A DNA stretch of 64,000 bases from the IMG/VR virus record IMGVR_UViG_3300028025_000092. One strand, written 5' to 3'. Shown piece after piece: positions 49,871-58,417 of this stretch (within the stretch, counting starts at the first letter, position 1; the number at the start of each line of letters is the position of its first letter). A model generated the notes under the pieces. That model worked only from the letters and a program-made list of their open reading frames with translations. It ran no database searches and was not told the DNA's origin. A program made the position numbers and the translations under genes. Source of the stretch: a virus.

Positions 49871-52585
49871 ATGCCGCAAATAAACATACTAAATATTCTT
49901 CCTGGTGATCAACAATCAATACTCGTTGACAAGGTTAATTATAACTTTGACCAGATATTAACAGCTGGTGGAGGACCACAAGGACCGCAAGGTATTAGGG
50001 GTGCTACTGGGGCTATAGGACCACAGGGAATTCAAGGACCAACAGGACCTCAGGGTTTAAGAGGTGCGAGATGGTATGTACAACCTACTGCACCTGCTAC
50101 TGGAAATCTTTTTAATACCCCGTGGGGGGAACCGGAGTTGGGAGATTATTGGCTTTCTGGAACAAGCGATGCAAATCCTCTTGGTGTATATGTTTATGAT
50201 GAAATCGTGCCAGGAACACTTAATTGGGTATACTCTAGCGTTTCCTTTAATAACACCTCCGTATTTACCGCGGTAGATAATTTAAATAACACGAATGACA
50301 GGGCTTTAATTCACGACACTGAATTTAGTAACAAATACGGATTGGTTCTTAGCGATTACGGGGTTATTGGGGGAGAAACCAATTTTAATTATGATTCTGC
50401 ATTTGTTAGTAAATTCACAATAAATGCTGAAAGAGCTAAATTAAAGATAGCTACTGATCCTGTACAGGGTGCATCTTCTTTGATTTCCTTCGGCCGTGCA
50501 AATTTAGACAACGCAAACGGGGGAACAGGTGCTTCTTTCAGTCAGGGGCATAATCCAAGATTTCAGTGGAAAGTCCCATCTGCAACAAATGCTGATTATG
50601 ATATACAATTTTTTAGCCCTGTTGGAAATTTTGAGATACTTGCATCAGCTAGCACCTTTGGTGTAACTGGGGCAAATATTAGGATGTATGCTTCCTCCGC
50701 TGTAACTTTAATAGGAAACACATTTACTGTCACTAGAACAGGAACAGGCAATACGTATTCTTCTACGGGTACAGGAACGTATGATGTTACTGGATCCCAG
50801 ATAAGATTTGCCCCTGATTTTTCCCTTAGTGCTGGTAATTTTATAGTCGGAGACGCTGTTAATACTGGGGGATCTAAAGGTATAGTCATTTCGACATCTA
50901 CAAATATCCCTGGAAAATCTTTAGTATTTAAAAGTCATGCATCATTAGCGACAGATGTCGCTTACGGTAAAATAGCAGCAGAGAAGCAAAGCGGGGCATC
51001 CCCCGTTTCTAGTATAGCATTTGTTGCAGACGGAACTGGTACAAGAATGGATTTTTATATAAGCAACGGTGTCGCTAATTCAGGATTGGAATGGAACAGA
51101 TTAAGACTCGATAAAGATGGTAATCTTCAATTTAGAAGTGCAGATTCCTCAATCTACATGGAGGATTTTGGTACAACAGCGGCAGGAAAAAATCTTACAA
51201 TATCTGCAGGAGCTGGATCCCTAGGGGGAAGTTTAATATTAAACGGAGGCTTAGGAAATGCTACAAGTAAAAGTGGTAATGTCGTTATAAATCCAGGTGC
51301 TGGATCACAGCTTGGCAGCATCTATTTACACACAACTCAATCTAGTAAAACAAATGTTACAGGTGTTGCTATAGGAATTGATACTAGTACAACTGTTGAC
51401 GCAGCATTGGTAGTCGCTGATACCAGTAACGGAATAACTGGCGGTGATATAATACAGCTTAAAAAATTCAGCCAAAGATCTACCAGCGGTGATCATTTTT
51501 TCGGATTTGATCAAGATGGGTATTTAACTAAAGGACTACAGTTCAACGAACTTACAATTCCTTTACAGACGAGCGTTAATAATTTAGACTATTATGCCGA
51601 GGGCGATTGGAACACTAGTCTTTCCTTAACAACAATAGGAGCAGTTTCTGGGTGGGATTCAAGTAAATACAAAATAGTTAAATCAAGATTTACAAGGGTA
51701 GGTGATACTGTTCAAGTCGATTTTGTTATAAAAATAGATTCTTTAACTTCCGGAGTGGCAACGCCATCCCCGGTTTCTGACGGATATATGTATATCTCCG
51801 GATTTCCATACACCCCAGATTTCAGTAGGGTTAGATTAGGTACTGCCACGAATCTATACACGGCACCTGCTATGCCTTTAGTTTCTCTTAAAGGAACAGG
51901 ATTTGGTAATGCAGTAAGCTCAGGTGGAGCAAATCCTGTTGGTACTATACAAATCTATCCTGGATCTTCTGCGCCTGCTGGATGGTTAATATGTGACGGA
52001 TCTGCAATATCTAGATCATCTTATGCAGATCTATTTGCTGCGATCGGAACAACATACGGAGCTGGGGATTTTACAACAACATTTAATCTTCCGGATTTAA
52101 CTGGTAAGTTTGTTAGAGGTTTAGGGGGTGATTCAGCATCTCTTGGTGCTATTCAACAGGATGCTATCAAAGAGCACAGACACGGTATACATTGGTGGCA
52201 ATATAACGACAGAGGTAATACTAGTTCTAGTTTTGGCCACGTGTCTGCTATTAAAAATACCGGTGGTTTTGGTAGTCCTCCAAACAAATTTACTGGTATT
52301 ACAGAATACACTGGGCAGGATGTAAATTCTGAGGCATTAATTTCTCAGGAAACGCGTCCAATCAATATGGCGATGAACTACATTATTTATGTAGGGACTT
52401 CTACCGGATCGTCTACACAGGCGGAATTCTCTGGTGCTTTTGTCAACGAAGGAAGTGGAAGATTTTATATCTATAACGGTAGTGGAAACCTAAATGTCTC
52501 TAACATGCCAGCAGGAAGCGGGGTTACCTCATATCTATATGGAAGCTTTAGCTATTTCACATTAAGTTCTACTACATATACCTGA
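49871..52585 (+). CDS. Tail fibre protein with collagen-like repeat and phage tail collar domain
   Basis: (Gxy)11 near the N-terminus; PVGTI..YPG..APAGWLICDG.AISR..YADLFAAIGTTYG.GD..TTFNLPDL.G.FVRG collar motif; ETRP.N.AMNYII. Confidence 0.9.
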   Translation: MPQINILNILPGDQQSILVDKVNYNFDQILTAGGGPQGPQGIRGATGAIGPQGIQGPTGPQGLRGARWYVQPTAPATGNLFNTPWGEPELGDYWLSGTSDANPLGVYVYDEIVPGTLNWVYSSVSFNNTSVFTAVDNLNNTNDRALIHDTEFSNKYGLVLSDYGVIGGETNFNYDSAFVSKFTINAERAKLKIATDPVQGASSLISFGRANLDNANGGTGASFSQGHNPRFQWKVPSATNADYDIQFFSPVGNFEILASASTFGVTGANIRMYASSAVTLIGNTFTVTRTGTGNTYSSTGTGTYDVTGSQIRFAPDFSLSAGNFIVGDAVNTGGSKGIVISTSTNIPGKSLVFKSHASLATDVAYGKIAAEKQSGASPVSSIAFVADGTGTRMDFYISNGVANSGLEWNRLRLDKDGNLQFRSADSSIYMEDFGTTAAGKNLTISAGAGSLGGSLILNGGLGNATSKSGNVVINPGAGSQLGSIYLHTTQSSKTNVTGVAIGIDTSTTVDAALVVADTSNGITGGDIIQLKKFSQRSTSGDHFFGFDQDGYLTKGLQFNELTIPLQTSVNNLDYYAEGDWNTSLSLTTIGAVSGWDSSKYKIVKSRFTRVGDTVQVDFVIKIDSLTSGVATPSPVSDGYMYISGFPYTPDFSRVRLGTATNLYTAPAMPLVSLKGTGFGNAVSSGGANPVGTIQIYPGSSAPAGWLICDGSAISRSSYADLFAAIGTTYGAGDFTTTFNLPDLTGKFVRGLGGDSASLGAIQQDAIKEHRHGIHWWQYNDRGNTSSSFGHVSAIKNTGGFGSPPNKFTGITEYTGQDVNSEALISQETRPINMAMNYIIYVGTSTGSSTQAEFSGAFVNEGSGRFYIYNGSGNLNVSNMPAGSGVTSYLYGSFSYFTLSSTTYT
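49973..50071 (+). repeat. Collagen-like Gly-X-Y x11
   Basis: GPQGPQGIRGATGAIGPQGIQGPTGPQGLRGAR. Confidence 0.95.
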
Positions 52586-52598
52586 TAAAAATTAATAA

Positions 52599-52886
52599 AT
52601 GAATACACTAGAGACGCAAAAAATAAGATCGATAATAGATAACTACAGATTAATTCACAGTGATCTTAATTCTTATGAAAAGAATTTAGAAAATATGGTC
52701 ATCGGGATAGAAGAAAAAACCGAAGAAAAAATATTTTCCGTTGGCAATAAAATAAAAGAGTGTATATCAAAATTAGAGAAGGAGAGAAAAACAGAGAAAG
52801 AATTCTTTCTCCACATTCAAGAAAAATACGGTCCTGGAGAATTTGATATAGAAACATTTCAATACAAAATAAAAAACCAATCATGA
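52599..52886 (+). CDS. Small coiled-coil protein, possible fibre assembly chaperone
   Basis: Follows the fibre gene; ends EKYGPGEFDIET. Confidence 0.55.
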   Translation: MNTLETQKIRSIIDNYRLIHSDLNSYEKNLENMVIGIEEKTEEKIFSVGNKIKECISKLEKERKTEKEFFLHIQEKYGPGEFDIETFQYKIKNQS

Positions 52887-53638
52887 AAGAAGTAAAACAA
52901 AAGGTAGAAAAGCAGATTGAAGTTGTACAGAAATTTAAGAATAATAATATAAAGCTTCTTGTAGTAGCAGCTCTTTTTATATTAGCATTTTTACTATACG
53001 GTACATTTAGCAACAACTATCACAAAAAAGAAATTAAAGCTCTTGAAAATGAGATAGGTTTAGTTCAAAAGAAATTTGATGCTGCAGTGGAGGAGAAAGA
53101 AAAATTAAAAGATTCTTCAGAGGTTTATGAGGATCTAGCTAAAGAGGAAGCTCTAAAAGCTGATATCTTTAGAGCAAAAGCTGCAAAGGAAAAAAAAGAT
53201 AAAGAAGCCGCACTAGCAGCATTACAGAATTTACCAAAAGATGTAATCGACACATTTTTCATTAAGAGATATGCAGAAGTTCCTAAATCCGATATCGGTC
53301 TAGAATTGGACAAGAATGTGGGAAATGCCATAGTTGTAGAATTGGTAGAGAAAGATCATTTAGTTGGGCAATTAGCAACATCCGAGAATTTATCATTGTC
53401 CCTTACATCTCAAGTTAATACCCTAAAAACATCCTTAAATTTTTCTAAATTAGCACTTGTGAGCGCAGACTCTGCAATCGTAGCTAGATCCAAGCAATTT
53501 GAATTACAGCAACAGGTAAGCAATCTATTAAAGGAAGATTTAAAAACTGCTAAGAAAAAGGCTTTTTGGAATAAAATAAAAGGAACCGCAGTTGGCGTAG
53601 TTGTAGGATTAACCGTTGGACTTGTTGCAGTAAAATAA
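52883..53638 (+). CDS. Membrane-anchored coiled-coil protein (possible spanin/lysis component)
   Basis: N-terminal TM (LLVVAALFILAFLLYG), long coiled coil, C-terminal hydrophobic Gly/Val helix. Confidence 0.6.
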   Translation: MKEVKQKVEKQIEVVQKFKNNNIKLLVVAALFILAFLLYGTFSNNYHKKEIKALENEIGLVQKKFDAAVEEKEKLKDSSEVYEDLAKEEALKADIFRAKAAKEKKDKEAALAALQNLPKDVIDTFFIKRYAEVPKSDIGLELDKNVGNAIVVELVEKDHLVGQLATSENLSLSLTSQVNTLKTSLNFSKLALVSADSAIVARSKQFELQQQVSNLLKEDLKTAKKKAFWNKIKGTAVGVVVGLTVGLVAVK

Positions 53639-53639
53639 A

Positions 53640-53660
53640 ATTTAAGGAATGTTCTTAAAT
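53640..53660 (+). terminator. Weak stem-loop after the lysis-like gene
   Basis: ATTTAAGGA-ATG-TTCTTAAAT inverted repeat (one G-U pair); no U-tract. Confidence 0.25.
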
Positions 53661-53723
53661 ACAGAGAAATTGGATAGGTCTATACGGGAATTTAGTATGA
53701 TATTATCGGATGGTAAAAAACTT

Positions 53724-53731
53724 GATATATA
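53724..53731 (+). promoter_or_regulatory. Candidate late promoter GATATATA
   Basis: 7 nt before ATG 53739. Confidence 0.6.
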
Positions 53732-53738
53732 AAGGAAT

Positions 53739-56075
53739 ATGTCAAGTTTCACTTATACTAGTAAATTCTTTAGTCTTGCTCCTTATTTATTAATGGAGTA
53801 CAGGTACGGTAGTCAACCGGATCCTGAATTTCATCCAGTAAGCTTTGGAGCTTCCGCAGTTGGTTTTGAAAAAATAACCAATGGATATTTAAAGGGAGCA
53901 GTACAAATCCTTAACAGGGATCAGGATGCACAAACCACAGGAAACGTAAGAGATAGGAGTTCGGTTCAGATCTCACAAAATACCTTTGTTAGACTTGATA
54001 TTGATAGATCTATTCAATATTTAGATTACGACGATAAATTAACCAATGTATCAGATCTTCCGGTAGCTTTTGAAAGTAACCTAAACGTTTATTATGATAC
54101 AGTAAGATATCACTTTTTGAGTGGTTTTGATTTTGGAACCAGAGACGGAGCTATTATCCAAATCCAATTCTCCGAGAGAAATGGTAAGAAATCTACGGTC
54201 TCTCAGATAACATACGAAAAAGGTGATATTGATATTACCACTCCAAATCCTACCCCCATTTATTTTAATGCAGGTATTTATGATCATTTTATAGAAGTAA
54301 AGATCCCTTCATATTCACAGATAACTTATGAGTACGACACACAGGTAAATGCTGCTACTGCATCACAAACTACTGCTGCTAAAATAAGCTCGGACGGATC
54401 TGGATTTATTAGAAATCAGCCATTTAATGTTACTTTATTTGAAATAGAATCTACCCAAGATTTAAATGGATTCTATTACTATCAGACATCCATAAATAGT
54501 GTAGCTACTATAACACCTGCCGACGAGTATTCTGAGCTAGCAGCTAACGTAGAGGAAAACACAGATTTTGATTATTTTGAATATTATCCTAGTTGGAAAG
54601 GAAATTTCATCGAAGACTTTATTTATACAGAGAGTTCTCTTGGAAACATCTATTATATTATACATGATATAGAACTTCTTGAGCAGGTTGGATTGAGAAG
54701 AATTTCGACCCAAAAAATGCAGATACTTCAGGACAAGGATTTTAATGCACCATATATTTATAGACCTGTAGTAATGAGTCCAAAGGCAACTAGTTTTTCT
54801 ATTAATTATTCCATGAGGCTTGTTAACAAATATAACAACGTTTCTATACTAAGAGTGGCAACACTAACAAGTACAGAAGTTGATAAATATGGACCAGGCA
54901 TTAAAAAAATTAATTTATTAAATCAGCCTTATCCTCAGAAGGTTTATAATAAGATCGTTGAACCGGTTGTTACTAAAGCATATACATTAAATGTTAATCC
55001 TATAGAAAGAGTAATAACTAAATATGTTCCTGCTTTCTTTGAGAGAGAAAACATAAATATTACGGAAGAAAATTTAACAATAGATAGTCTTGGAGGATTA
55101 ACACAATCAGCTACTTCAGACTCAACAGTGGCTTTTGGCCAGGGAAAATCTATGATCGTAGTAAATCCGTATGATAACTATTACAAGTTTAGAATATTTA
55201 CCAAGAATGATGGAAAAGAAAATACCATCTTGGATCTTGGAACAAACTCAGACTTCTATTTGGTTTTTGAAGGAGGAGATAGCAAGACTGTTAGAATTTC
55301 AAGTTTATCTGACAGCACTTTCCAAAACCCAAATAAGGGAGAATTAGTTTTTAGAGTAGTTGAAGCTGATTCTAAAAAAATAGCATCATTTACTGAAAGA
55401 AATTTTCACATTGTTTCTAAAACAAACAATGGTATAGAAACATCAATTTATCACGGATATTGGATACTTCCTTCGGAGAGAGATCAAAAACCAATTCCTG
55501 AACCTGTTATTGCTCCAGCACCTGCTCCAGCACCTGTTGTAATTTCGCCAGTGCAGGATACAACAACCCCTGTAGTTGACATTATTCCGCAACAGCCTAA
55601 GGATTACTTCGATATGAAAAATAGTGGCGTAGTATTAAATGTTGAACCTGCAGTAATCAAACAAACACCAGAGGTTGAACCCCCTGTTGTTAAACCAAGA
55701 CTTAAAGCAGATCTTGATACCCTCGCTAATATGATTAGTACAGATGAGTCAGCAGGAAAAAGCTATAGTCAGATTGCTGATTACTATACTGTACCAGGAA
55801 ATCCTGGAAATATGTTATATGAAGGAATAAGCGTTACGTTCTTCTTGAATGCAGTTAGACTCGTACATCCTGATACTGACGGACAAAGAAGCACTCAATT
55901 TATTCAATACTCCAATTATTTAGGAGTAATTTATGAGCCATTTGAAAATCAAAGATATAGCGGAGGTGGAGGTGGAGGAATACCTCAGTATTTCAATGAT
56001 GGAGGATATGGCGCAGATAGAAGGGAAAATAATGGATTTAACGAATCTGGTCAAGGACAGACTTTTTACTTATAA
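53739..56075 (+). CDS. Probable virion structural protein with Pro/Ala/Val linker and Gly-rich tail
   Basis: 778-aa ORF under the late motif; PEPVIAPAPAPAPVV linker. Confidence 0.65.
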   Translation: MSSFTYTSKFFSLAPYLLMEYRYGSQPDPEFHPVSFGASAVGFEKITNGYLKGAVQILNRDQDAQTTGNVRDRSSVQISQNTFVRLDIDRSIQYLDYDDKLTNVSDLPVAFESNLNVYYDTVRYHFLSGFDFGTRDGAIIQIQFSERNGKKSTVSQITYEKGDIDITTPNPTPIYFNAGIYDHFIEVKIPSYSQITYEYDTQVNAATASQTTAAKISSDGSGFIRNQPFNVTLFEIESTQDLNGFYYYQTSINSVATITPADEYSELAANVEENTDFDYFEYYPSWKGNFIEDFIYTESSLGNIYYIIHDIELLEQVGLRRISTQKMQILQDKDFNAPYIYRPVVMSPKATSFSINYSMRLVNKYNNVSILRVATLTSTEVDKYGPGIKKINLLNQPYPQKVYNKIVEPVVTKAYTLNVNPIERVITKYVPAFFERENINITEENLTIDSLGGLTQSATSDSTVAFGQGKSMIVVNPYDNYYKFRIFTKNDGKENTILDLGTNSDFYLVFEGGDSKTVRISSLSDSTFQNPNKGELVFRVVEADSKKIASFTERNFHIVSKTNNGIETSIYHGYWILPSERDQKPIPEPVIAPAPAPAPVVISPVQDTTTPVVDIIPQQPKDYFDMKNSGVVLNVEPAVIKQTPEVEPPVVKPRLKADLDTLANMISTDESAGKSYSQIADYYTVPGNPGNMLYEGISVTFFLNAVRLVHPDTDGQRSTQFIQYSNYLGVIYEPFENQRYSGGGGGGIPQYFNDGGYGADRRENNGFNESGQGQTFYL

Positions 56076-56081
56076 TAGACT

Positions 56082-56633
56082 ATGTTATTAAACTCTAGGC
56101 AGAATGGTTTTATATTTAATTTTCCTAAAGGATTCTTTTCAGATTCTTTAGAGGAAAAATACCATGGCTATGTTAAAAGGATGCCTATTCCCTATGACAC
56201 GTTAAGGGATTTTATGAATTCTACAATTCAGCAGGTTTCATTTCCTACCTTCCAAAGTATAGATAACGTAGAGCAGGTTAGACCCGGTGGATACAAACAG
56301 AACTATAAAAGTTCAACAAACATACAAAACCTAATACAAAGGAATTTCAGCGTTAGTTTTAAACTGGGCGAGGGATTTATTAATTACTGGATTATGTACG
56401 AGAGTATTGTTAATTTTCTGGATTTTAATAACCCGGAGCAGGTTCTTCCCGATTTAACTCTAAGACTGCTAGATCATGAGGGTATAATAATGTCAACCGT
56501 TGCTTTCCAGCAGCCTATATACACATCTTTGTCGGAAGCTCAGTTAAACTATTCAAGCACCACACCGCAATTCTCAACATTCAGTGTTGGATTTAGATGT
56601 AACTATGTAGATATTAAATTGGAGATAGGATAG
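56082..56633 (+). CDS. Tail tube terminator / completion protein (T4 gp3-like tube fold)
   Basis: IQQVSFP...FSVSF...E.FINY...DLTLRLLD...F.....SLS..QL.Y...F.V.F pattern. Confidence 0.6.
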   Translation: MLLNSRQNGFIFNFPKGFFSDSLEEKYHGYVKRMPIPYDTLRDFMNSTIQQVSFPTFQSIDNVEQVRPGGYKQNYKSSTNIQNLIQRNFSVSFKLGEGFINYWIMYESIVNFLDFNNPEQVLPDLTLRLLDHEGIIMSTVAFQQPIYTSLSEAQLNYSSTTPQFSTFSVGFRCNYVDIKLEIG

Positions 56634-56642
56634 GTAAAACCC

Positions 56643-57305
56643 CTATTTTTCGATTTCATTCTTTAAAAATCTTGCTACCCAGATTGAATCAATTATATCC
56701 TCTGTTGGCTTCTTTACAGTACCGCTTTTAGTCACCATCATTTCTTTCTTTTCCTTGATTAGGGTTATAAATTCTGAATTAACCTCTGTTTGTGAGCAAA
56801 GAGAATCGTACATATCTATCTTTTTAAAATTTCCCTTACCTGCAAACTTTTTAATTGCAGTTGGGGAAAATACAAAAAATCTCCCCGAATCATTTCCAAG
56901 TATTTTTAGTATCTCACTTCTTAGTATTCCTGTCAGCATGGAAATATCAATAAGGCTATTTCCTGGCGAACCGAAAGAAATGCCCTCCATTCCTATATAC
57001 ACATCGTCATCATCCCCTATAGATTCGATTATAGCATCCTTTATCTCATTAGCCAGAGATACAAAGTTAGCTATCTTTTCCCTTTCCCTGATATGATATT
57101 CTTTAGATTTGTCTAGCTCTTTATTTTTTATAATCATCTTTAATTCGCTACACTCGTTTAATAGAGTAAAGTGATCATTTCTGCTAAAAATCTTTTCTAT
57201 ATTATTGTCGGTCTTAAATACGGAGACCAAATTTATGGAATTTCCCCTCAAAACACACACCCCTGTCGAATTTAAACTCAAATCTATTCCTATAATTGTT
57301 TTCAT
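56643..57305 (-). CDS. RuvC-like Holliday junction resolvase
   Basis: IIGIDLSLNSTG, MEG.SFG, PT.IKKFAGKGN..K..M, EDIIDS acidic catalytic set. Confidence 0.85.
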   Translation of the reverse strand: MKTIIGIDLSLNSTGVCVLRGNSINLVSVFKTDNNIEKIFSRNDHFTLLNECSELKMIIKNKELDKSKEYHIREREKIANFVSLANEIKDAIIESIGDDDDVYIGMEGISFGSPGNSLIDISMLTGILRSEILKILGNDSGRFFVFSPTAIKKFAGKGNFKKIDMYDSLCSQTEVNSEFITLIKEKKEMMVTKSGTVKKPTEDIIDSIWVARFLKNEIEK

Positions 57306-57311
57306 ATCCTT

Positions 57312-57330
57312 TATATACCTTGGATATATA
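57312..57330. promoter_or_regulatory. Back-to-back candidate late promoters (GGTATATA on -, GATATATA on +)
   Basis: TATATACC-TT-GGATATATA between the divergent resolvase and SSB genes. Confidence 0.5.
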
Positions 57331-57333
57331 GAT

Positions 57334-57361
57334 GGAACTTTTTGACACAGTTAGGTATAAC
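57334..57361 (+). promoter_or_regulatory. Candidate early/middle promoter GGAAC-N17-TATAAC
   Basis: Upstream of the replication operon. Confidence 0.45.
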
Positions 57362-57404
57362 TTAGGAATCAATTTTAGTTAATTTAAAAAAATTTAGAAA
57401 AATC

Positions 57405-58397
57405 ATGGAAAATTTTGACATTTTCAGTTTGGACAACGAGGACTTCTTAAAGCCCGAACCAGTAAACACAGGCGGAGACGCTAACATCTACAAACCTTAT
57501 CCTGAATTAGGAAAGGACGGGGTATACAAATCCCTTATTAGATTTCTACCTAACGTAGCAAATCCAAAAAAATCCAAAATCCACAAGTATTATGTTTGGT
57601 TGAAAGACCCAGTAGACAACAGCAACTTCGTTGCAGATTGTCCTTCTACTGTTGGTAAAAAATCAATTCTGAAAGATATTTTTTGGAAATTGAAGAATTC
57701 CCCATCTGCTAAAGATCAGGAATTAGCAAAATCATTCGCTAGGAAAGAAGATTATTATTCTTTAATCCAAGTAGTTAAAGATCCTAACAAACCTGAATTA
57801 GAGGGCAAGGTTATGGTTTTTAAATTCGGTAAAAAAGTTGCAGATATGATCGAGCAGCAAATTAAGCCAGAATACGGTACACCTTGTAATCCTTTTGATT
57901 TGTTCGAAGGTAAAAACTTTGGTGTTCACGTAAGAAAGGTTGGCGAATGGAATAATTATGATCTTTGCCAATTTGTTGGGGAAAAAGAAGGAATAAGAAT
58001 TGAGGGAAAACAGGTTGAAAAGAATGACGAGGATCAAAAACGAATTATTGATTATTTAAAAGCAGGTCCTCAGGATCTGGTTGAAAAATACGATTATAAG
58101 GAATGGTCAGATGATGATAGAGACAAAATCATGTCTATCATCAGAAACCTCGTACCAGACGGAAGAATGGTAGCTGAGATTCTTTCAGGTTCACCAGATT
58201 CTAAACCTACGTATCAAGCTCCATCTAGCTCAAGTAACAATCCACTTAAAAACGAACCTCAGAAAAGTTCAGCACCTGCTGATGATTTCTTTAGTGATAC
58301 TAAATCCTTTGACGAGGAAGAGGAATCACCGAAGGCAGCACCTAAAAAGGCAGCATCATCTTCTGGTAGTCTTGATGACCTATACAACGATCTTTAA
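57405..58397 (+). CDS. Single-stranded DNA-binding protein (T4 gp32-like)
   Basis: IRFLP, CP.T.G, VVKDP..PE.EGKV..FKFGKK, NPFDLFEG.NF, NYD, acidic tail LDDLYNDL. Confidence 0.92.
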   Translation: MENFDIFSLDNEDFLKPEPVNTGGDANIYKPYPELGKDGVYKSLIRFLPNVANPKKSKIHKYYVWLKDPVDNSNFVADCPSTVGKKSILKDIFWKLKNSPSAKDQELAKSFARKEDYYSLIQVVKDPNKPELEGKVMVFKFGKKVADMIEQQIKPEYGTPCNPFDLFEGKNFGVHVRKVGEWNNYDLCQFVGEKEGIRIEGKQVEKNDEDQKRIIDYLKAGPQDLVEKYDYKEWSDDDRDKIMSIIRNLVPDGRMVAEILSGSPDSKPTYQAPSSSSNNPLKNEPQKSSAPADDFFSDTKSFDEEEESPKAAPKKAASSSGSLDDLYNDL

Positions 58398-58417
58398 TAT
58401 TTAAAATATGAGATCGT

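Noticed and set aside
49871-52585. Diversity-generating retroelement or invertible cassette targeting the tail fibre
   Set aside because: No reverse transcriptase, invertase or duplicated template repeat was seen in the window.
53639-53738. ncRNA or tRNA in the 100-bp intergenic gap
   Set aside because: Only a weak AT-rich hairpin; no cloverleaf, T-loop or recognisable riboswitch.
56643-57305. TnpB/Cas12-like or transposase RuvC nuclease
   Set aside because: Only 220 aa with a contiguous resolvase-type motif set, no zinc finger, no array or IS ends, and located beside replication genes.
57342-57361. Canonical sigma70 promoter from TTGACA at 57342
   Set aside because: Only 8 nt separate TTGACA from TATAAC, incompatible with 16-18 nt spacing.
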